Source: the human T2T-CHM13v2.0 reference genome, Homo sapiens. Taken from it: 64,000 nt of DNA. The stretch lies in NCBI RefSeq assembly GCF_009914755.1, contig NC_060931.1. One strand, given 5' to 3'. The position numbers and the translations under genes are program-made. Under the pieces are notes generated by a model. The model had not been told where the DNA came from, ran no database searches, and saw only the letters and a list, made by a program, of their open reading frames with translations. Of this stretch, positions 1 through 9,888 are shown one piece after another; the first letter of the stretch is position 1; every line of letters starts with the position of its first letter.

Positions 1-134
1 CCTTTCATAAATATTTATTCCTGCCATACTATTATTCATTTTTCTTCTGACTATAAAAACCATCTGCCTGAAACACTGCAGGCTGTCAGTTTCACACTAC
101 AGGCTGTCAATTTCAAGTTCTCTTCTCTTGGCAG

Positions 135-140
135 GTTTGA
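135..140 (+). CDS. CALD1: CALD1 (caldesmon) last coding exon: Val codon plus stop (GTT TGA)
   Basis: Pyrimidine tract and CAG acceptor (AG at 133-134), then GTTTGA and the recognisable CALD1 3'UTR start (gacagttccagaaagaacccaagctcaagacgcagg). Caldesmon ends ...SPTKV. Confidence 0.9.
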   Translation, partial: V

Positions 141-2511
141 GACAGTTCCAGAAAGAACCCAAGCTCAAGACGCAGGACGAGCTCAGTTGTAGAGGGCTAA
201 TTCGCTCTGTTTTGTATTTATGTTGATTTACTAAATTGGGTTCATTATCTTTTATTTTTCAATATCCCAGTAAACCCATGTATATTATCACTATATTTAA
301 TAATCACAGTCTAGAGATGTTCATGGTAAAAGTACTGCCTTTGCACAGGAGCCTGTTTCTAAAGAAACCCATGCTGTGAAATAGAGACTTTTCTACTGAT
401 CATCATAACTCTGTATCTGAGCAGTGATACCAACCACATCTGAAGTCAACAGAAGATCCAAGTTTAAAATTGCCTGCGGAATGTGTGCAGTATCTAGAAA
501 AATGAACCGTAGTTTTTGTTTTTTTAAATACAGAAGTCATGTTGTTTCTGCACTTTATAATAAAGCATGGAAGAAATTATCTTAGTAGGCAATTGTAACA
601 CTTTTTGAAAGTAACCCATTTCAGATTTGAAATACTGCAATAATGGTTGTCTTTAAAAAAAAAAAAGAAATGTACTGTTAAGGTATTACTTTTTTTCATG
701 CTGATGATTCATATCTAAATTACATTATTATGTTAGCTGACAGTGGTACTGATTTTTTAGGTTGGTTGTTTTGTGGATTTCTTTAGTAGTGATAGTAGCC
801 TGAACCACATTTTAGATAACTCAATTATGTATGTATGTGCATACACATATACAAACACACTAATGGTAGAATGCTTTTTTATGTGCTAGACTATTATATT
901 TAGTAGTATGTCATTGTAACTAGCCAATATCACAGCTTTTGAAAAATTAAAAAATCACACTATATTAATATTTCATATTTGCCAACAGAAACATGGCAGA
1001 TAGGTATCAATATGTTTTCAATGCCTGATGACCTATAAGAAGAAAGTATTGAAAAGAAGAGAGATTAGAACTGTTAGAAGGAGTTGAAATTTTCTAAAAG
1101 ACATAGTATTTAGTTTATAATTAAATGCATTCTTGAAGTCCAGTGTGAATTTTATTAATGCTATCATCTCGACCAAGCTCAAAGCCTACTTATTAGAAAC
1201 AATGAAGTTCACAATAGGTCATAAGGTCTCTTCCTTTTCTAAAATTGAAAGACAAGAAATTTAGTGCCAATATTGTACAGACAGAAATTCCATGTATGAG
1301 TCTCAACAAAGACTACCTTTGGCTAAATGTCTAGAAGCAGAGAAGTAAAGTGAGCAAAATCCAGTGTTGAGGAGTCATGACAGTACTTTGATCTTTATAT
1401 ACTCTGAAGCATTTCTTCAAACTTTTCTACTTTTGTCATTGATACCTGTAGTAAGTTGACAATGTGGTGAAATTTCAAAATTATATGTAACTTCTACTAG
1501 TTTTACTTTCTCCCCCAAGTCTTTTTTAACTCATGATTTTTACACACACAATCCAGAACTTATTATATAGCCTCTAAGTCTTTATTCTTCACAGTAGATA
1601 ATGAAAGAGTCCTCCAGTGTCTTGGCAAAATGTTCTAGTATAGCTGGATACATACAGTGGAGTTCTATAAACTCATACCTCAGTGGACTTAACCAAAATT
1701 GTGTTAGTCTCAATTCCTACCACACTGAGGGAGCCTCCCAAATAACTATTTTCTTATCTGCAGTATTCCTCCAGAAGAGCTAACCAGGGCAGGGCTGGCA
1801 TGAGAAGTGACATCTGCGTTACAAAGTCTATCTTCCTCATAAGTCTGTAAAGAGCAATTGAATCTTCTAGCTTTAGCAAACCTAAGCCAAAGGAAGGAAA
1901 GCCACGAAGAATGCAGAAGTCAAACCCTCATGACAAAGTAGGCACAAGTCTACAATAAGCTAAATCAGAATTTACAAATACAAGTGTCCCAGGTAGCATT
2001 GACTCCCGTCATTGGAGTGAAATGGATCAAAGTTTGAATTAAGGCCTATGGTAAGGTAACATTGCTTTGTTGTACTTTTGAACAAGAGCTCCTCCTGATC
2101 ACTATTACATATTTTTCTAGAAAATCTAAAGTTCAGAAGAGAATGTATCACTGCTGACTTTTATTCCAATATTTGGATGGAGTAAGTTTTAGGGTAGAAT
2201 TTTGTTCAGTTTGGATTTAATCTTTTGAAAAGTAAATTCCTTGTTTACTGGTTTGACTATAATTCTCTGTTATCTTTACGAGGTAAAACTGCAAGCTGAC
2301 TAGCATGTTCTGTGAATCTGCCATTCCTAAAAATTTTATAAACACTTGATACTTTTCACTGATAATGGATCGCTCCAATAAACATATATTGTGAAAATGC
2401 ATCCACAATAAATGGAATTCCTTCCTGCAAAATGTCTTTTTCTCACTTATTTTTATGTACAATATTGATAGTGAGAGGTATGTCTATTATAATAAAGATT
2501 ATGGCACAGTA
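141..2511 (+). other. CALD1: CALD1 3'UTR
   Basis: AT-rich, repeat-free stretch after the stop. Ends about 15 nt after AATAAA at 2491-2496 and is followed by GU/U-rich sequence. Confidence 0.85.
559..564 (+). terminator. CALD1: Candidate proximal poly(A) signal in the CALD1 3'UTR
   Basis: AATAAA at 559-564; ATTAAA variants at 946-951 and 1120-1125. Confidence 0.5.
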
Positions 2512-2550
2512 AAACCTGTATTTCAGGTTGAGTCTTGGTTTCACTCTTTA
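2491..2550 (+). terminator. CALD1: Distal CALD1 polyadenylation signal and downstream element
   Basis: AATAAA at 2491-2496 (others at 2377-2382 and 2407-2412), probable cleavage ~2511, downstream tgtatttcaggttgagtcttggtttc. Confidence 0.8.
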
Positions 2551-2684
2551 AAGAAGAAAAGCATTTTCATATTTTTAAATTACCTAATAAAATATAGAAA
2601 ATTGGTCTTATGTTGACAACTGACCTAACACGTATGGAAAAGGTTGAAGAGGGATTTTGCAAATCCTTCCTAAAAGAAACTATC

Positions 2685-3060
<376 letters not shown>

Positions 3061-3689
3061 TCAAAGGTAGTGTCTCTTATATAGAAAGACCCATTTAATA
3101 TATACCATTCATTTGTAGAATACTTACTACTTACAAGGCACTGGTGATTACATGTGAATCCAAAGTTATTTTTTCATGGTAATTTTGCATATTTATGTAG
3201 CACTAATTGGTCTGAAATCTGAAGTTCTCATAAAGGTTTTAAACTGTGGGTTCGAAGCTCCTGAACAGTTCCCTCAACCCTGCCTACAAAATTGACACAA
3301 TGAACTAAGTTACTATAAAAAAATTAGTATTTTTATTTCTGTGTCCTAACAAGAAGGGTGATAAGTATAGACAATAATATAGTTATCAAAATCAATTTGC
3401 AAAATTAAGCAATGGAAATACAATTTGTAATACCAACACCAAACTGATAAGATTAGGGGTGAATGGAAATTAATTTTACAATATGTATATTCAGGATATG
3501 AGCTTGAAAACATACTAGTGTCTTCTGTGATGTCAAAACAGGTCTGTATTAAAGGTTTTTTCCTACCTTTGCTTGCATGTATGCTCCAAGTGGAAGAATG
3601 GATAAGAAAAAAAGATCTCAGTCCTAAATTTGTGTTCTTCCATTGGTGTTAGGAGATAACTAACAAGGTTTTGATTTTAGTACAGTGTC

Positions 3690-4260
3690 TATTTGTGTCA
3701 AGTCTATTAATCATGTTGTCCTAATATTCTATATCCTACTGACTTTTTCCTTATCTGTTACTGAGAAAGGAAAGTGAAAAATCTCCCACTATGATTATGG
3801 ATTTGTCTATTTCTCCTTGTAATTCTGTTAATTTTGCCTTCCATATTTTAAGGTTATTTTTTAGGTGAAATATTCAATTCACTAGGAAGACATCATGATT
3901 CTAGATCTTTAGCTAAAGATCACTCTGAAGTGACCATCTATTTGTGCAAAGACTTTTGCCTTCAAGTTATTTTTTTCTATCCTAAAATTACCACAGTGGC
4001 TTCCTTTTGACTAGGGCTTGCATCATATTATTTTTTCCATCCCTTAAATTTCAACTTTTATATATCCTTTAGTCTTATATATGTGTCTTTAACCATAATC
4101 ACATGGTTTGGGTTTTAATCCAATCTGATGACCTTTGAGTTTCAATGGGAATATTTAGTCCTTTCATACTTAATGTAATTACTGATATTTTTGTATTTAA
4201 TAGTATCCTAGCTATGTGCCACCTGTACTATATTACTTTTTCTTTCTTGTTCATGTTGGA
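3690..4260 (-). mobile_element. Old L1M fragments
   Basis: Degenerate reverse-strand L1 ORF2-start-like sequence (aaatctcccactatgattatggatttgtctatttctcc). Confidence 0.6.
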
Positions 4261-4974
4261 CTGCTTCTGCTTCAGAGCATATGCTGATCTACAAGTGGCA
4301 GCTGAGAGGCTGAGCTAGACCTTTGCAAATACAATTGGGCTAGAGGAAAAAAAGTCAGAATCTGCTAACTGCCAAGAATGAGGGCTAGGTAAACTACTTC
4401 TAGCTTTGGTTGGGTCTTCAGAGAGCTGCCTCCTAAAAGTAAGGTGAATTTAAAGTTATCTGGTCTTCACACAGATTGCCACCTAGCTCCACTGTGTTGA
4501 ACAATTCTAGTATTCTAGCAGAGAAATAAATGATCAATGGTAAAGATGAGAAAAGTTACGAAATACTGAGTAACAATTCAAGAATTTAAGAGATAAAGTA
4601 TCAACAAGGCTCTAGCACATAATTGTCAAAGAATTATGTAGTATATAGTTGTCAACATTTAGAGGGAAGAGAGAATACATCAGCATGGGGTAATCAAAGA
4701 AGAAAAATATTTGCCTTAACGTTTTTTGTATACCCAGAAGTGTACCCAGTACCACTACACATACCCGTGCTTCGTAAGCAATAAGATGATTTCATGAGCA
4801 ACTCAGTTTATAAACTTTGCTAGATGTGCTGCTGTGAATTTCCGTAAAGTTTCTAGAGTTATAAGAGGTGAGTTTTGTGACATTTTATATTACTAAATTT
4901 AGAGTTTGTGTATCAACTCAGCCCTGCATCTCAGCTCCATAAAGAACATTGGCTCCTTACGTCACTCTAATGCC

Positions 4975-5277
4975 GGTTGTTGTTGTTGTTGAGATGGAGC
5001 CTTGCTCTGTTGCCCAGGCTGGAGTGCAGTGGCGTCATCTCAGCTCCCTGCACTGCAACCTCTGCCTCCCAGGTTCAAGTGAGTCTCCTGCCTCAGGCTC
5101 CCGAGTAGCTTGGACTACAGGTGCGTGCCACCACACCCAGCTAAATTTTGTATTTTTAGTAGAGATGGGGTTTCACCATGTTGGCCAGGCTGGTCTTGAA
5201 CTCCTGACCTCAAGTGATCTGCCTGCCTCGGCCTCCCAAAGTGTTGGGATTACAGGCATAAGCCATCATGCCTGGCC
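4975..5277 (-). mobile_element. AluS (Sx-like) with (AAC)n tail
   Basis: Reverse Alu; tail seen as (GTT)n at 4976-4990; TSD tctaatgc on both sides. Confidence 0.92.
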
Positions 5278-5593
5278 TCTAATGCAGATTTAATATATTT
5301 TGCCATGACATGCTCTTAGTGGTGATGGCTTTTACTATCTTGAAATAGGATTTCCAAAAAATATTTCATTAAAATAGATTTTAGAAGGCCCAATGGGTCA
5401 TTTCTACCTGAATAAGGAACCATAATTCAATCTTCTCTTATCGAATATACTAAAAATTATGCAAAAATACCGCAATCCTACAGAACACAAGATTAGTTTC
5501 TTAACCAGTTTTCAACCTTACCTAGCACTCTTTCATTCTAACCTGCTTTTATTAGAATAATAAAATGCTATCTTGTATATGTCTAGTTCCTGT

Positions 5594-6028
5594 TGTATTA
5601 GTCAGGGTTATCTAGAGAAACAGACTAATGGAATAGTTTATATAAAATCTATAAAGGGGAGTTTATTAAGTATTCACTCACACGATCACAAGGTCCCACA
5701 ATAGTCCATCTGCAGGCTGAGGAGCAAGGAGAGCCAGTCTGAGTTCCAAAACTGAAGAACTTGGAGTCCGATGCTTGAGGGCAGGAAGCATCCAGCACAG
5801 AAGAAAGATGTAGGCCAGTCTCTCTTTTCACATTTTTCTGCCTGCTTATATTTCCCCATGCTGGCTGCTGATTAGATTGACCCCACCCAGATTAAGGGTG
5901 GGTCAGCCTTTCCTAGACTAATCACTCAAATGCTAATCTCTTTTAGCAACACCCTCACAGATACACCCAAGATCAATAGTTTGTATCCTTCAATCCAATC
6001 AAGTTGACGTTCAGTATTAACCGTCACA
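5594..6028 (-). mobile_element. MLT2A (ERVL) solo LTR
   Basis: Reverse strand begins TGTGACGGTTAATACTGAACGTCAACTTGATTGGATTGAAGGATACAAAC and ends ...CCCTGACTAATACA; 5-bp TSD cctgt/cctgc. Confidence 0.88.
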
Positions 6029-6199
6029 CCTGCCAACATTAGTAACATGGGTGCTTTGAGTTTTTTTCAAATTATGGAAATTAGTTGTCGAGTTCACGAG
6101 GGTTTCTCAACTAGGGTCTCACAGACCACATTTTAAAAACGACTTCCCCATGCCTTGAGGAGAATGATGGCTCCAACCTGCTCCCTGATATAACGTGTA

Positions 6200-6390
6200 A
6201 GTGCTTAGAACTTACATGTTACTCACCCAATCCTCACAACCCTACAAGACAGGTACTACTGTATTGCCCCCCTTGACAGGTAAATAAATTGAATCAAAGA
6301 GAATTTAGAAACTTGCCCACAGTCATATGGCTAACTGGCAGAATATTTGACCGTAGGCAGTTGGCTCCTGAGCCCATGTGCTTAACTCTG
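6200..6390 (-). mobile_element. MIR fragment
   Basis: aatcctcacaaccctac...ggtactactgtattgccccc...acttgcccacagtcata matches the MIR core in reverse. Confidence 0.65.
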
Positions 6391-6794
6391 TCACAAGAGA
6401 TTATTGCCTAGGAGTGCGCCTTGAAGAGAGCCCCTTGTTGACGGGGCAGGTGGGTGTCTCTACTCTCTTCTTGAAGTCCACAGACAGAGCAAGAACAGCA
6501 CTTGAGACCAACCATGTAGACTATAACTTGGCCCAGTTAAGGAGACCCCTTTTGTTCCCCAGTCATCCCCAGCCTAACACAGCAAGGAACTAGAACCTAG
6601 AAAGAAGAGGAGATGAATGTAAACAGCAAAACACCAACCTCCTTAACATCTTCCAAGCCACCATAGCTATGGATAGCTCTCAGGTGCTCTGGGGGTGTTA
6701 CCCACACAGGGGGTAGGTTCAATTGTTTGGTGGGTGACAGTCCAACGAACACAACCAAGGAGGACTGAAAAAGAGGGTTTTATTACTTGGGGGG

Positions 6795-7145
6795 TGATAG
6801 GGTTTGGCTGTGTCCCCACCCAAATCTCACCTTGAATTGTAATAATTCCAATGTGTCAGAGGCGGGGCCAGGTGGAGATAATTGAATCTTGGGGGCAGTT
6901 CCCCCATACTGTTCTTGTGGTAGTAAGTCTCGTGAGATCTGATGGTTTTATAAATAGGAGATCCCCTGTACAAGCTCTCTTCCCTGCCACCACGTAAGAT
7001 GTGACTTTGCTCCTCATTTGTCTTCTGCCATGACTGTGAGGCCTCCCCAGTCATGTGGAACTGTGAGTCAATTAAACCTCTTTCCTTTATAAATTACCCA
7101 GTCTCAGGTATGTCTTTATCAGCAGCATGAGAACAGACTAATACA
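6795..7145 (+). mobile_element. THE1 (ERVL-MaLR) solo LTR, THE1C/D-like
   Basis: tgatagggtttggctgtgtccccacccaaatctcacc ... attaaacctctttcc ... gagaacagactaataca; TSD ggggg/gggag. Confidence 0.9.
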
Positions 7146-7572
7146 GGGAGTGATAGTCCAGTGAACACAACCAAGGAGGATTGAACAGTGGGATTTTATT
7201 ACTTGGGGAGGCAACGGTCCAATGACCACAGCCAAGGAGGACTGAGCAAGGAGATTACCTGCAACAAGCAAGGAGGACACTGGGGATAGTTCCCCAAAGT
7301 ATCTCCCCAAACAAAGGTGAAAACGGGGCTTTTAACAGGCTGGTTAGCCGAGTCACTGTATGTAGAGATGGAGTCAAGGCAGCACAGGCACAGTTGTTGA
7401 CCACACTTCTTCATATGCTGTGTGTATAGAAAATAGCAAATGAGCTCCTCCCTGGGCAGAGTTTTTAGTATGGTAATGAAGAGAGTTTGCCAAAGGTCAT
7501 CTCCAACTTAGGTATCTCTGTATCCAACCTGTTTTTGTTTTGCCAGGGCTAGGCTTTCTCCTGGAACTTTTC

Positions 7573-7609
7573 TGTTAGGCGAACGTGATAACCACTACAC
7601 TACAGAAAC
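7573..7609 (-). pseudogene. Tailless retropseudogene of the 5' half of tRNA-Val(AAC)
   Basis: Minus strand GTTTCTGTAGTGTAGTGGTTATCACGTTCGCCTAACA matches nt 1-37 of human tRNA-Val-AAC with one CpG transition; flanked by cc(t/c)ggaacttttctg at 7560-7574 and 7611-7625. Confidence 0.9.
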
Positions 7610-8021
7610 ACCCGGAACTTTTCTGAAATAACAAGAACTCAAAGTGCAACAGTTATCAGTGGGTACTTTTTCACAGTGTACACCCCAAAACCCCAAATCC
7701 CTGGGACCCTCAGTTACAGGGGGTGAAGAGGGGAGGGCTTTAAATAGGCTTTAAAATTGAGGTTTAAAATGAACTTCTTGGATGGCCGAATAGGAACAGC
7801 TCCAGTCTATAGCTCCCGGCATGAGAGATGCAGAAAATGGGTGATTTCTGCATTTCCAACTGAGGTACCGGGTTCATCTCACTGGGACCTGTTGGACAGT
7901 GGGTGCAGCCCATGGAGTGTGAGCCAAAGCAGGGCGGGGCATTGTCTCACCCAGGAAGCACAAGGGTCGGGGAATTCCCTTTCCTAGCCAAGGGAAGCCA
8001 TGACAGATGGTACCTGGAAAA

Positions 8022-8204
8022 TCAGGACACTCCCACCCTAATACTGCACTTTTCCAATGGTCTTAGCAAACAGCACACCAGGAGATTATATCCCATGCCT
8101 GGCTTGGAGGGTCCCACGCCCACAAAGCCTTGCTCACTGCTAGCACAGCAGTCCGAGTTTGAACTGCAAGATGGCAGCGAGGCTGGGGAAGGGGCATCCG
8201 CCAT
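8022..8204 (-). CDS. L1 ORF0-like antisense ORF, 60 aa
   Basis: ATG at 8204-8202; MADAPSPASLPSCSSNSDCCASSEQGFVGVGPSKPGMGYNLLVCCLLRPLEKCSIRVGVS aligns with L1HS ORF0 (MAGAPPPASLPPCSLISDCCAS...). Translation not shown. Confidence 0.55.
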   Translation of the reverse strand: MADAPSPASLPSCSSNSDCCASSEQGFVGVGPSKPGMGYNLLVCCLLRPLEKCSIRVGVS

Positions 8205-8800
8205 TGCTGAGGCTTGAGTAGGTAAACAAAGCAGCCAGGAAGCTCGAACTGGGTGAAGCCCACTGCAGCTCAAGGAGGCCTGCCTGGCTCTGTAGACTCC
8301 ACCTCTGCGGGCAGGGCAGAGCTGAACAAAAGGCAGCAGAAACTTCTGAAGATTTAAACGTCCCTGTCTGACAGCTTTGAAGAGAGTAGTGGTTCTCCCA
8401 GCAAGGAGTTTGAGATCTGAAAACGGACAGACTGCCTCCTCAAGTGGGTCCCTGACCCTCGAGTAGCCTAACTGGGAGACACTTCCCAGTAGGGGCTGAC
8501 TGACACCTCATACAGTTGGGTGCCCCTCTGAGACAAAGCTTCCAGAGGAAGGATCAAGCAGCAACATTTGCTGTTCTGCAATATTTGCTGTTCTGCAGCC
8601 TCTGCTGGTGATACCCAGGCAAACAGGGTCTGGAGTGGACCTCCAGCAAACTCCAACAGACCTGAAGCTGAAGGTCCTGACTGTTAGAAGGAAAACAAAC
8701 AGAAATTAATAGCGTCAACATCAACAAAAAGGACATCCACACCAAAGCCCCATCTGTAGGTCACCATCATCAAAGACCAAAGGTAGATAAAACCACAAAG

Positions 8801-9825
8801 ATGGGGAGAAACCAGAGCAGAAAAGCTGAAAATTGTAAAAATCAGAGTGGCTCTTCTCCTCCAAAGGAATGCAGCTCCTCTCCAGCAGCAGAACAAAGCT
8901 GGATGGAGAATGACTTTGACTAGTTGACAGAAGTAGTCTTGAGAAGATCGGTAATAACAAACTTCTCTGAGCTAAAGGAGGATGTTCAAACCCATCGCAA
9001 AGAAGCTGAAAACCTTGAAAAAAGATTAGACAAATGGCTAACTACAATAAACAGCATAGAGAAGACCTTAAATGACCTGATGAAGCCAAAAACCATGGCA
9101 CGAGAACTACGTGACGCATGCACAAGCTTCAGTAGCCGATTCGATCAAGTGGAAGAAAAGGTATCAGTGAGTGAAGATCAAATGAATGAAATGAAGCGAG
9201 AAGAGAAGTTTAGAGAAAAAGGAGTAAAAAGAAACAAACAAAACCTCCAAGAAATATGGGACTATGTGAAAAGACCAAATCTACATCTGATTGGTGTACC
9301 TGAAAGTGACGGGAGAAAGGAACCAAGTTGGAAAACACTCTGCAGGATATTATCCAGGAGAACTTCCCCAACATAGCAAGGCAGGCCAATATTCAAATTC
9401 AGGAAATACAGAGAACGCCACAAAGATACTCCTCAAGAAGAGCAACTCCAAGACACATAATTGTCAGATTCACCAAGATAGAAATGAGGGAAAAAATGTT
9501 AAGGGCAGCCAGAGAGAAAGGTCGGGTTACCCACAAAGGGAAGCCCATCAGACTAACAGCGGATCTCTCAGCAGAAACTCTACAAACCAGAAGAGAGTGG
9601 GGGCCAATATTCAACATTCCTAAAAAAAGAATTTTCAACCCAGAATTTCATATCCAGCCAAACTAAGCTTCATAAGTGAAGGAGAAATAAAATCCTTTAC
9701 AGACAAGCAAATGCTGAGAGATTTTTGTCACCACCAGGCCTGCCTTATAAGAGCTCCTGAAGGAAGCATTAAACATGGAAAGGAACAACCAGTACCAGCC
9801 ACTGCAAAAACATGCCAAATTGTAA
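8801..9825 (+). pseudogene. L1 ORF1, disrupted
   Basis: ATG at 8801 (MGRNQSRK), premature TAG at 8921-8923, frameshifts near 9315-9330 and ~9625, native TAA at 9823-9825. Confidence 0.92.
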
Positions 9826-9888
9826 TGGCCATCGATGCTAGGAAGAAACTGCATTAACTAATGAGCAAAATAACCAGCTAACATCATA

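Larger units (their letters stand above)
6696..7718 (-). mobile_element. Solo LTR (family not assigned) hosting a THE1 insertion and a tRNA-half insertion
   Basis: TG...CA termini (tgttac...gttaca), GGGGG TSD at 6691-6695 and 7719-7723, minus-strand AATAAA at 6779-6784 and 7195-7200. Confidence 0.7.

Noticed and set aside
1601-2462. Short ORFs in the CALD1 3'UTR
   Set aside because: 60-81 aa, no homology recognised, consistent with chance.
3249-3259. B-box-like GGTTCGAAGC
   Set aside because: No upstream A box or cloverleaf structure; likely a chance match.
6732-7262. Repeat-spacer-like pattern resembling a CRISPR array
   Set aside because: Primate DNA; only three diverged LTR-internal units, and the apparent spacer is a THE1 LTR.
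8563-8600. Tandem atttgctgttctgca duplication in the L1 5'UTR
   Set aside because: As I recall, a normal feature of this L1PA subfamily consensus rather than a locus-specific event.
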